Below are positions 20,731-32,271 of a DNA stretch of 64,000 nucleotides, one piece after another. The stretch comes from Candidatus Latescibacterota bacterium (GTDB lineage Bacteria; Latescibacterota; UBA2968; UBA8231), in the NCBI GenBank assembly GCA_965204725.1, contig OZ242005.1, positions 4,928,001 through 4,992,000 on the forward strand, in the 5' to 3' direction. The number at the start of each line of letters is the position of its first letter. Position 1 is the first letter of the stretch. Under the pieces are notes generated by a model. The model searched no databases, was not told the DNA's origin, and was given only the letters and a program-made list of their open reading frames with translations. The position numbers were made by a program, and so were the translations under genes.

Positions 20731-23196
20731 CTACTCTTTACTCTCGGCACGGTTACTGGAATCTAAAATCGCGAGGGCGATGCCGGCTGGGGTCTCCAGT
20801 CCGGTGATGAAAGTTTCGACGTTGGAGCCATCCAAGTTGGCACGCTGGATTGTGCCCGTTCCCGGGGTATCTGTGCCCTCGTCTGTCCAGTATATCTTGC
20901 TCCCCTCCACATCCAAGGCAATGCTGGTTGGGTTCCCCAGTTCGGTGATGAAGGTTTCGACGTTGGAGCCATCCAAGTTGGCACGCTGGATTCCATATCT
21001 TCCCCCGTCTGTCCAGTATATTTTGCCTCTCTCCACATCCAAGGCAATGCCGAAAATGACTACTCCACCGACGAGGGTTCTGATGTTGGAGCCATCCAAG
21101 TTGGCACGCTGGATTGTATATCTTCCCTCGTCTATCCAGTATATTTTGCCTCCCTCCACATCCAAGGCAATATCGGTTGGGTTCTCCAATCCGGTGATGA
21201 GGGTTTCGGTGTTGGAGCCATCCAAATTGGCTCGCTGGATTTTTTCACTGCCTGTGTCTGTCCAGTATATCTTGCCCTCATCCATATCTAAGGCAATGCC
21301 GGTTGGGAGGTCCAATTCGGGGACGAAGGGTTTGATGTTGGAGCCATCCAAGTTGGCATACTGGATGCTCGAGACATCTGTATCTATGCTCACGTTCGTC
21401 CAGTACATCTTGTTCCCGACTACGTCCAAGATGATAGCACTTGGAATTCCCCTAAGCCCAAGTAATGTGAGAGATTCCCTGTTTCTGCCATCCAAGTTGG
21501 CACGCCAGATTTCTCTCCTCTCTATGTTCGTCCAGTATATCTTGCCTCCCTCCACATCCAAGGCAACGCCGGTTGGGTTCCCGGTTCCGGTGATGAGGGT
21601 TTCGGTGTTGGAGCCATCCAAATTGGCTCGCTGGATTTTTTCACTGCCTGTGTCTGTCCAATATATCTTGCCCTCATCCACATCCAAGGCGATGCCGGCT
21701 GGGTTCTCCAATCCGGTGATGAGGGTTTCGGTGTTGGAGCCATCCAAATTGGCTCGCTGGATTCTATATCTTACCCCGTCTGTCCAGTATATCTTGCCTC
21801 CCTCCACATCCAAGGCAATGCCGGTTGGGTTCCCGGTTCCGGTGATGAGGGTTTCGATGTTGGAGCCATCCAAATTGGCACGCTGAATACTAGCCGTGCC
21901 TATGTCTGTCCAGTATATCCTGCCTCTCTCCACATCCAAGGCGATACTGAATGGGTTCTCCAATCCGGTGATGAGGGTTTTGGTGTTAGAGCCATCCAAG
22001 TCAGTACGCTGGATTTTGCCCGTACTTGGAGCATTTGGACTCGCATCTGTCCAGTATATCTTCCCCCCGTCCATATCCAAAGCGAGGCCGGCTGGGCTTT
22101 CCGATCCGGTGATGAGGGTTTCGATGTTGGAGCCATTCAAGTTAGTGCGCTGGATTTCGCCCCTGCCTACGTCCGTCCAGTATATATGCGACAAGACGGC
22201 GTCCTGATTTTCGGAAGTTTCGCTTACCGAAGATTCCGAGTGTGGGACGGCTTGACCGATCCCCGGCGGCAACGCGGGATCGGACGGATTGACGCTGTAT
22301 GTACCAATCAGATAAGCATCGGTAAAGTCGATGTCGCCATCTGCATCCACATCGCCGAGGGAAATGTTGGGGATATGGGCCTCGAGGGCCGAGGAATTGA
22401 TGCTGTACATCGCCACGAACAGGGCATCGGCAATATCGACGAGGCCATCGCCGTTCACATCTCCCAAGATTCCGCCCGCCGCCCGCTTCATTAGACGAAA
22501 TGCCGCGCCGCCGTACTCTTCGATCACAATATCCGCCTCGTCAACTCCTACTTGGAAAGCCGGATTTATATACGGAATCAAGTCCGCGCCCGAAACCGTC
22601 AACCCATAGACCGGGCTGTTCGCTGCTACCGGTTCCGCCACCCGCACCTGTCTCTGAGGAATTGTCCCTACCGCCGGAATCCCCGCCTGCCCATCTACTA
22701 ACACCATCCGCCGACTCACCGTCAGCCCGCCGCCGCTCAGACGATAAACATACACCCCTGCCCCCACGGCTCGCCCCGCTGCATCCGTAGCGTCCCATTG
22801 CGCCGTGTGCATCCCCGCCGACCGTTCCCCATCCACTAACGTCGCTAAGTGCTGCCCCAGCATATTGAGCACTTCCAGCCGCACATGAGAAGCTACCGGC
22901 AGTTGATAGGGAATGATGGTGGAAGGATTGAACGGGTTGGGATAATTCTGCCCCAGTGTAAAGCCATCTGGCAGGGCACTGCCCGTAGAAAGTGTTTGCA
23001 GCGGCAGCGCAAAATACCCAGCCTCGTCCGTGGTTGTGCCGACGAACTGGCGCACATCAGTCAAATCAAACAGCCGCACCTGCACTCCAGCCGCAGGCCG
23101 CCCGGACGACAGGCGCACCCGACCTTCAAGGAGAGGGGCTGCTCCGACGTGAAGGCTCAACACCAGCCCGATGAGACTGCCGATAAGCAACTTCAT
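20731..23196 (-). CDS. Secreted protein: signal peptide, FlgD-Ig/secretion-tail-like domain, dockerin-like pair, 11 LDL-receptor class B (YWTD) repeats
   Basis: MKLLIGSLIGLVLSLHVGA; LGQNYPNPFNPST; GDVNGDGLVDIAD...GDVDADGDIDFTD; 11x [KRH][IM]YW[TI][DN]...I.RANLDGSN. Confidence 0.9.
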   Translation of the reverse strand: MKLLIGSLIGLVLSLHVGAAPLLEGRVRLSSGRPAAGVQVRLFDLTDVRQFVGTTTDEAGYFALPLQTLSTGSALPDGFTLGQNYPNPFNPSTIIPYQLPVASHVRLEVLNMLGQHLATLVDGERSAGMHTAQWDATDAAGRAVGAGVYVYRLSGGGLTVSRRMVLVDGQAGIPAVGTIPQRQVRVAEPVAANSPVYGLTVSGADLIPYINPAFQVGVDEADIVIEEYGGAAFRLMKRAAGGILGDVNGDGLVDIADALFVAMYSINSSALEAHIPNISLGDVDADGDIDFTDAYLIGTYSVNPSDPALPPGIGQAVPHSESSVSETSENQDAVLSHIYWTDVGRGEIQRTNLNGSNIETLITGSESPAGLALDMDGGKIYWTDASPNAPSTGKIQRTDLDGSNTKTLITGLENPFSIALDVERGRIYWTDIGTASIQRANLDGSNIETLITGTGNPTGIALDVEGGKIYWTDGVRYRIQRANLDGSNTETLITGLENPAGIALDVDEGKIYWTDTGSEKIQRANLDGSNTETLITGTGNPTGVALDVEGGKIYWTNIERREIWRANLDGRNRESLTLLGLRGIPSAIILDVVGNKMYWTNVSIDTDVSSIQYANLDGSNIKPFVPELDLPTGIALDMDEGKIYWTDTGSEKIQRANLDGSNTETLITGLENPTDIALDVEGGKIYWIDEGRYTIQRANLDGSNIRTLVGGVVIFGIALDVERGKIYWTDGGRYGIQRANLDGSNVETFITELGNPTSIALDVEGSKIYWTDEGTDTPGTGTIQRANLDGSNVETFITGLETPAGIALAILDSSNRAESKE
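20770..22190 (-). repeat. Tandem ~129-bp YWTD-encoding DNA repeats
   Basis: Recurrent TTGGAGCCATCCAA(G/A)TTGGC and GTCCAGTATAT blocks; several near-identical units. Confidence 0.9.
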
Positions 23197-23239
23197 AAGG
23201 TCAATTCTTTGTATAAGACGCGATCAGAAGGACATAGAG

Positions 23240-24226
23240 CTAGAACAAAAGTTGACCACCAAAACGCAACAGAAAAGCGGCAACATCCTCGCCAATCAGC
23301 AAATAAACGGGCTTTCCGGTGTCTTGCCTCAGTTGATCAAGGGCCGTGTCAAGTGCTTCGGAACCGGCGTCGGCGGTGGATACAATGACCCCCATGTCTG
23401 CATCCCAATATTGAAGTGCCTCTCGGATCTGATCTACAGCTCTGGTTTCCCGCATCTCTCCTTCAAATGCTTTCACTTGAACAACGCAAGTGCGCTGTTC
23501 TTTGATCCCCAGAATGGGTACTTCCCATTCAAAAATCACCTGTAGGTCTGCGCCTCGTTCTCCGGGACCACCTTGTTCCTTCACTTCTTTGACTCCGGGA
23601 ACATTTCGGAAAATTTCCGCAATCGGGCTCTCAAGCTGGGAACCTGGGAACGTATGCTGAATTTTCTTTGTGATATTGGGTAGAATCTCCTTTTTGAGCC
23701 AATCGATATTCGTCTCCGTCGTACTAGGCGTACCTCCTTCACCTTCTTCCAGCGACGCGATAAGGTGCTCAAATTGCTCATGCAGATCGTAGATGCGCCA
23801 CCAACCGCCTCGTAGTTTGAGCTTCTGTCTTAGCTGAGGATGAACGATGGCGTCGTTGCTGTCAAAGACGCGAACGGACCCGGGGTCAACGGGGAAACGA
23901 TGGTTGAAGTCATCGTCTTCGTAGCTCCAAAAATAGGGGCCAGTGACGCGGGCGAGTGTACGCTTCCCCCATTCAGGTATATTGATATAAACCACATAAT
24001 CGTTCTTTTGGATGTCGAGTAGGAAGGGATAATAACAATCCCGTTCTTCTTCTGTAAGGTTGCCCCTGCCCCCATTAATAATTCTGGACTGCAACTTTTT
24101 TAAGTCAGCAGTTTCGACGTAGCTCCAACCGAAACGTCCCACCCCCTCCTGTAGAGAGTTGTAGGTAATAGCATCGCGATCAGGATCACCCGAGCCCCTC
24201 AGCGCATAGATCGTGTAGTCGTACAT
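23240..24226 (-). CDS. Mrr-like restriction endonuclease (C-terminal PD-(D/Q)XK domain)
   Basis: LE..IAEIF, E.GADL, VVQVKAF, AV.QI, GVIVST; N-terminal domain resembles those of Mrr/McrB-type proteins. Confidence 0.78.
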   Translation of the reverse strand: MYDYTIYALRGSGDPDRDAITYNSLQEGVGRFGWSYVETADLKKLQSRIINGGRGNLTEEERDCYYPFLLDIQKNDYVVYINIPEWGKRTLARVTGPYFWSYEDDDFNHRFPVDPGSVRVFDSNDAIVHPQLRQKLKLRGGWWRIYDLHEQFEHLIASLEEGEGGTPSTTETNIDWLKKEILPNITKKIQHTFPGSQLESPIAEIFRNVPGVKEVKEQGGPGERGADLQVIFEWEVPILGIKEQRTCVVQVKAFEGEMRETRAVDQIREALQYWDADMGVIVSTADAGSEALDTALDQLRQDTGKPVYLLIGEDVAAFLLRFGGQLLF

Positions 24227-24402
24227 TTTATTGTTCCTTTCTTTTTAGTAAATGCGATGGATGATAGATCAGAAAACTCCATGAACACGTTCTCAGATCG
24301 ACCTAAAAACAGCTCGAAAAAGACACTTAGTTATGTTTGGGATAACTGAATCAGAACGTTCTCGTCGCTCCTCTGCTGAGTATAAAGAGCCAACGACCCA
24401 GC

Positions 24403-24432
24403 AGGGTGCCGGGCCATGCCTCCATCTCACAG
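24403..24432 (-). repeat. Right copy of 30-bp inverted repeat
   Basis: AGGGTGCCGGGCCATGCCTCCATCTCACAG is the reverse complement of 20398-20427 with one mismatch. Confidence 0.9.
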
Positions 24433-24557
24433 AGTAATTTGAGAAGTTCTGCCTATTCGCCGGGCTTCAGGGAGCTACCCTGTGCCGAATAAAGGCTATT
24501 TTATTCAACAGATGACCCGACATGGCGCGGGTACTCTGTTTGATGAAGGCAGAGGTA

Positions 24558-24585
24558 AAGATAAGGTGGTCATTTCCAATGTCAA
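24558..24585 (-). promoter_or_regulatory. Putative sigma70 promoter reading toward the Mrr-like gene
   Basis: Minus strand TTGACA (24585-24580), 16 bp spacer, TATCTT (24563-24558). Confidence 0.6.
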
Positions 24586-24597
24586 TAATTTTCTCGT

Positions 24598-24631
24598 AAA
24601 AAAAGCCGCCTACTCTCGAAAGCGGGCGGCT
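24598..24631 (-). terminator. Rho-independent terminator (minus strand)
   Basis: AGCCGCCCGC-TTTCGAG-AGTAGGCGGC followed by T7. Confidence 0.8.
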
Positions 24632-24852
24632 CAGAAAAACAGCTTCTTTATATATTGTATATAGACTATCTAAATCGCATAGCTGCTGGCCGTATAGGTC
24701 GCGGTTTGCCGAGGTTCCATTTCTGTCACTTGCGCTGATCAAGCACAAGGTTCGTCCCACATCTCAAACCATTTAGCGGTCCCGCAAACCAATCGCTTTT
24801 CACTAGCACGGCACTCACCTAAAGACGGGGCCGCACGTAGCGATGCAGCGGC

Positions 24853-24881
24853 TTGACAGCTATACGTATGTTCAGTATATT
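24853..24881 (+). promoter_or_regulatory. Sigma70 promoter for the nucleotidyltransferase-uvrA operon
   Basis: TTGACA, 17 bp spacer, TATATT; spacer contains the palindrome ATACGTAT. Confidence 0.75.
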
Positions 24882-24919
24882 TTGTGCCGCTCACACGTTG
24901 ATTTCCGCACAGGAACGCC

Positions 24920-25858
24920 ATGTCCCAGTCTCAGCAGGTCGTCCAAGAGCGCTATCGCCGAGCGCTCGACGCCTTGACCCAAAAGCTCCAACAAGACCGC
25001 ACGGTCTTGGCCGCCATCGTCTATGGCTCATACTCGTACGACCAAGTTTGGGAGAAGTCCGACATCGACTTGTGGATCGTCATGGCCGACGACCCCAAGG
25101 TGCGGCACTACAAGGACCACTGCCTCACCGAACAAGGCGTCATCATCCACGCCAACCTCATCCCGCGAAAGCGGTTCCAGTTGAACATAGAAGGATCGCG
25201 CCAAGGCGGTTGGCTCGACTTTACCTTCGCGCACAGCAAACTCCTCTTCTCCAAGGACGAATCCATTGCCGCATGGTACAAAGACGCCGAGCGCATCGGG
25301 GCACGCGACCGCGACTACCAGTTGCTCAGGCGCGCCCTCTCCCTGTTGGCCACCTTCAACAAAGCCCAGAAGTGGTATCAGGTGAAGAAGGACTACAACT
25401 ACAGCTTCCTGTGGCTGCTCAACGTGGCCGACCAACTCGCCAGCGTCGAGTGCATACTCAACGGCCAAGCCCCGGGCCGCGAGGTCATTCACCAAGCCCT
25501 CGCCTTTAATCCCGAGTTCTTCAACGCCATCTATACGGAGCTCATCGCCGCCAAAAAGAACGCCCGCACCCTCGCGGCGGCCCTCCAGCACGTAGAGACC
25601 TACCTCGACGACCACCTCTGGGACTTGTTCCAGCCCCTACTCAACTATTTGGCGGAGGCCGAGGCCATGCGCACCGTGTCGGAAATAGAGGAACACTTCA
25701 AAATGGAAGGCGCGGACTTCGCCTGCGAGTGGTTGGTTGAAAAAGGCTTGTTGCAAAAGATGTCGGCGCCGTTGCGCCTCACCGAAAAGAGCCGCACCGA
25801 GCTACAGGAAGCGGCCTATCACTACGATGGCGACGGGTCCGATTGGGGCCTGCACTAA
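24920..25858 (+). CDS. Nucleotidyltransferase-domain protein (Pol beta-like NTase plus helical C-domain)
   Basis: [12 protein letters not shown]...KSDIDLWIV (GS...DxD). Confidence 0.82.
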   Translation: MSQSQQVVQERYRRALDALTQKLQQDRTVLAAIVYGSYSYDQVWEKSDIDLWIVMADDPKVRHYKDHCLTEQGVIIHANLIPRKRFQLNIEGSRQGGWLDFTFAHSKLLFSKDESIAAWYKDAERIGARDRDYQLLRRALSLLATFNKAQKWYQVKKDYNYSFLWLLNVADQLASVECILNGQAPGREVIHQALAFNPEFFNAIYTELIAAKKNARTLAAALQHVETYLDDHLWDLFQPLLNYLAEAEAMRTVSEIEEHFKMEGADFACEWLVEKGLLQKMSAPLRLTEKSRTELQEAAYHYDGDGSDWGLH

Positions 25859-25868
25859 CGAGGTTATT

Positions 25869-28742
<2,874 letters not shown>

Positions 28743-28744
28743 GC

Positions 28745-29260
28745 TCAAGTTTCGGCCAATCGCGGCATCAGATCGACGAGGTTACAGGGCTGGTTGGTGG
28801 AGTCTAACTGCGGCCCGATGAGCTTGTCCCAGCCGGTGGCGCACGCCCCGGAGGAGCCGGGCAGGCAGAAGATGTAAGTGCCGTTGGCAACGCCGGCTAC
28901 ACAGCGCGACTGCAAGGTCGCAGTGCCGATCTCCTCGTAGGAAAGCACGCGAAAAACCTCGCCAAAGCCTTCGATTTCCTTGTCAAAGAGTACGCTGACG
29001 GCCTCGGGCGTCCCGTCGCGGCCGGTGAGGCCGGTGCCGCCGGTGGTGATGATGGCTTGGACGCGGGGCTCGGCGATCCACTGCGAGACTTGGGCGCGGA
29101 GCTGATAGATGTCGTCGGGCCGGATTTGCTTTTCGTGCAAGATGTGGCCAACCGCTTCGAGGCGTTCGACCAGCAGCTTGCCGGACTTGTCGGTTGCTTC
29201 GTCGCGGGTGTCGGAGACCGTGAGCACGGCGATGCACACGGGGGTGCGGTCTTGGGTCAT
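28745..29260 (-). CDS. moaB: Molybdenum cofactor biosynthesis protein B
   Basis: VLTVSDTR, DKSG, TTGGTGLTGRD.TPEA, LPGS..AC..GW, PCN. Confidence 0.93.
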   Translation of the reverse strand: MTQDRTPVCIAVLTVSDTRDEATDKSGKLLVERLEAVGHILHEKQIRPDDIYQLRAQVSQWIAEPRVQAIITTGGTGLTGRDGTPEAVSVLFDKEIEGFGEVFRVLSYEEIGTATLQSRCVAGVANGTYIFCLPGSSGACATGWDKLIGPQLDSTNQPCNLVDLMPRLAET

Positions 29261-30093
29261 GGTGTACCTTTCGGTGAAGGGGCGATGAGTTCGATTTGGT
29301 AGAGCTTGGGCCACCACTTGCCGGTGACGAAGAGCCGCTCGCCCTCGGGGTCGTAGGCGATTCCATTGAGCACCTCGGCGTTGGAGCTGCGCCGGTCCTC
29401 GGCACTTAACAGCCCAGTCAGATCTACCCAGCCCGCAACTTGGCCGCTCGTCGGGTCGATGCGGGCAATGGTGTCGGTCTGCCAGATATTGGCAAAGACC
29501 TCGCCGGCGATCCATTCCAGTTCGTTGAGCCGAGATACGGGGCGGCCTTGGGCCACCACCGCGACCCGGCCCACCTCGGCAAAGGTAAATGGATCGCGGA
29601 AGTACAGGGTCGCGCTGCCATCGCTCATGATGAGTAGTTCGCCATCGGACGTCAGCCCCCAGCCCTCGGTGGGATACGCGAATTCCGCTAGCGGCGCGAA
29701 GGAATCGAGACGATAGGCAAAGCCCTTGTTGGCCCGCCAAGTTAGCTGGAGAAGGCGATTGCCGAAGAGGGCGAGTCCCTCGGCGAAGAAGCGGCCGTCT
29801 AGCGAGTGAAGCTGCACGATGGCCCCTGTTTCGAGCGCGACCTTGCGCAGGGACGACTGACCGTACTGGCCGGTGCTTTCGTAGAGAAAGCCATCGTCGT
29901 AGAGCAGCCCTTGGGTAAAGGCATCGGGGTCGTGCGGAAAGGCGCGGGCGACTCGGTAGGAATACGTGGGAATTTCAGCGGGCGGTTGCGGCTGGAGGGC
30001 AGCGGGTTTCGTGCCGTCGTCAGCCGGAGCCAGACAACTGGCATGGGTCGCCAAGAACAAAGCGATGGCAATGGACTGTACCTCGCGGATCAT
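29257..30093 (-). CDS. Glutaminyl-peptide cyclotransferase (plant/bacterial beta-propeller type), probable lipoprotein
   Basis: PHDP.AFTQGL, ESTG.YG.S, F.EG, EGWGLT, LNELE, ANIWQ, LNGIA, TGK.WP. Confidence 0.93.
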   Translation of the reverse strand: MIREVQSIAIALFLATHASCLAPADDGTKPAALQPQPPAEIPTYSYRVARAFPHDPDAFTQGLLYDDGFLYESTGQYGQSSLRKVALETGAIVQLHSLDGRFFAEGLALFGNRLLQLTWRANKGFAYRLDSFAPLAEFAYPTEGWGLTSDGELLIMSDGSATLYFRDPFTFAEVGRVAVVAQGRPVSRLNELEWIAGEVFANIWQTDTIARIDPTSGQVAGWVDLTGLLSAEDRRSSNAEVLNGIAYDPEGERLFVTGKWWPKLYQIELIAPSPKGTP

Positions 30094-30358
30094 GTAGGGT
30101 AAAATACGGGGCGCGGTAGAGAGAGCAAGACGCGAGCGGTTTGCTTGTCGGGGGGTGAGGCGTCGGTTAGAATTACGCAGGGAAAACGAGGTATTGGAGC
30201 CGGAGGCAAATGACAGAACCGCAATTCGACATTCCTAACCACCCCCGCCAGGCTTATCGGGCCGTTACACAAATTCAATCATAAATCACCTGACGAGCTT
30301 GGCTGAACCTACTCCTCAGAGATGAAATTATCGCAATATAAGCCTACCAAGAGGCCGT

Positions 30359-32008
30359 ATGACCGTTTCTACCGATGAACTCCAAATTTGGATGAATGCC
30401 AAGGAAGACGAGCATCTGGAGTTCAAAGAGGCAAAAGCTAACTTTCACTTTGAGACCTTGGTGAAGTACTGCGTCGCCCTCGCCAATGAAGGCGGTGGAA
30501 GGATGATCCTCGGCGTAACGGACAAGCTGCCGCGCACGGTGGTTGGTAGCCGAGCTTTTCCCAATCTCGAACGGACGAAGGCCGGCCTGATTGAGCGACT
30601 GCGGTTGCGCGTTGAGGTCGAGGAAATTCAGCACCCAAACGGTCGGGTTCTGGTCTTTCAAATCCCCACTCGTCCGATTGGTGTGCCTATGCAGTATGAA
30701 GGCGCGTATTGGATGCGCGGTGGAGAGGCCCTTGTTCCCATGACGCCAGATCAACTCCAGCGCATTTTTGCCGAGGCCAGCCCGGATTTCTCGTCTGAGA
30801 TTTGTACGCCCGCTCAATTAGACGATCTCGACCCAACTGCCGTGGATGTTCTGCGTAGGCTCTGGCAGCATAAGGCACCCGAGCAAGACATCTCGACCCG
30901 TCCCGTAGAGCAACTCTTGGCAGATGCGGAATTGCTCGTCGATGGCGAGGTGACATACGCGGCGCTGATCCTCCTGGGTACGCGCAAAGCCTTGGGCAAA
31001 TACCTCGCCCAAGCAGAGCTTATTTTTGAATACCGTTCTAATGAAGTGCCAGGACCAGCGGCGGAACGACATGAATTCAGACAAGGCTTTCTTCCTGTAC
31101 TCGACGAGATCTGGCGACTTATCAACCAGCGCAATGATCTGCAACACTTTCAGCAGGGATTCTTTATTTGGGACGTGCCGACGTTCAACGAGCGCGTGGT
31201 TCGCGAGGCTGTCTTGAACGCAGCCAGTCACCGCGATTATCGCCACGGAGGCTCCATCTTCGTGCGCCAGTATCCTCGACGCATCGAGATCGTCAGCCCC
31301 GGTGGATTTCCAGCCGGTATCACCCCTGAGAACATCCTTCGGCAACAAAATCCGCGCAATCGCCGTATCGCCGAAGTCCTCGGCAAGTGCGGCTTGGTCG
31401 AGCGAGCCGGACAGGGGTTTGACCGCATCTTTCGCGAGTGCATTCAGCAGAGTAAGCCGTTGCCCAACTTTGCCCACACAGATGCTCACTCCGTATGGCT
31501 CACGCTACACGGCGATATTCAAGACCCGGAATTCCTGCGTTTTCTGGAGGAGATTGGGCGGGAACAAGTGGCCGCATTCAGCCTTGACGATTTGCTAGTG
31601 GTCGATTTCGTCCACCGCGAGCAGCCTGTTTCCGACGACCTTAAACCGAGGGTTGAGCATTTGCTGGAACAGGGCATCATTGAGCGCGTGGGACGCGGGC
31701 GGGGTGTGCGGCTGCTGCTGTCTCGGCAGTTTTACCGGCACCTCGGTAAGGCCGGGGTCTATACGCGCAAGCGCGGATTGGACCGCGAGACCAACAAGGA
31801 GTTGCTGCTGAAGCATATTCAAGATAATCGGAAAGAAGGGAGCCAGTTGCGGGAACTGAGGCAGGTACTACCGGCGCTTTCGCGGGATCAAGTGCAGAGT
31901 TTGCTTCGGGGTTTGAAGATCGAGGGGCGCATATATAAAGTTGGAACCACTAGGGCCGCTCGCTGGTATCCAGGGAGACCTCCATTTGGAGTTGCGTCAA
32001 AAGAATAA
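30359..32008 (+). CDS. Schlafen/AlbA_2 domain + HATPase_c_4 (RecG-C-like) + wHTH protein
   Basis: E.EHLEFKEA, ALANEGGG..ILGV.D, REAVLNA..HRDY, SPGGF, RNRRIA, VERAG.G. Confidence 0.88.
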   Translation: MTVSTDELQIWMNAKEDEHLEFKEAKANFHFETLVKYCVALANEGGGRMILGVTDKLPRTVVGSRAFPNLERTKAGLIERLRLRVEVEEIQHPNGRVLVFQIPTRPIGVPMQYEGAYWMRGGEALVPMTPDQLQRIFAEASPDFSSEICTPAQLDDLDPTAVDVLRRLWQHKAPEQDISTRPVEQLLADAELLVDGEVTYAALILLGTRKALGKYLAQAELIFEYRSNEVPGPAAERHEFRQGFLPVLDEIWRLINQRNDLQHFQQGFFIWDVPTFNERVVREAVLNAASHRDYRHGGSIFVRQYPRRIEIVSPGGFPAGITPENILRQQNPRNRRIAEVLGKCGLVERAGQGFDRIFRECIQQSKPLPNFAHTDAHSVWLTLHGDIQDPEFLRFLEEIGREQVAAFSLDDLLVVDFVHREQPVSDDLKPRVEHLLEQGIIERVGRGRGVRLLLSRQFYRHLGKAGVYTRKRGLDRETNKELLLKHIQDNRKEGSQLRELRQVLPALSRDQVQSLLRGLKIEGRIYKVGTTRAARWYPGRPPFGVASKE

Positions 32009-32271
32009 AATAAGCCAAAAAACGCAATTAATTACGCAATTAGGCGCAATTCATTTTATAAGTATATGTTTATTATAATTTTATGTTCATACATTTGTGC
32101 CAGCATTTATTGCTTATACCGCAATAAGTCACAATTCATCTGGCATAAAATACGAGCAGCGGCGCAAGGGCAAGGCGTGGGATAGCTTACTTGTCACTCA
32201 TCCTCCTTGCACCGACCCCCCGCGTCGTTAATTTAGCCTGAAAGTGGAATCGTGGATTTCGGAAAGCGAGT

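Noticed and set aside
20693-21886. 397-aa repetitive ORF on the + strand
   Set aside because: Antisense shadow of the YWTD repeat gene; its periodicity is fully explained by the minus-strand CDS.
20770-22190. Possible CRISPR array (regular repeats with variable inserts)
   Set aside because: Units are ~129 bp, in frame and protein-coding; no cas genes in the window.
24680-24720. c-di-GMP-I riboswitch (GGCAAACC on the minus strand)
   Set aside because: No GNRA hairpin and no following GCAAAG junction.
24739-24921. 60-aa minus-strand ORF with GTAKWFEMWD (cold-shock or MraZ-like fragment)
   Set aside because: Similarity is limited to a few residues, and the ORF overlaps a clear promoter.
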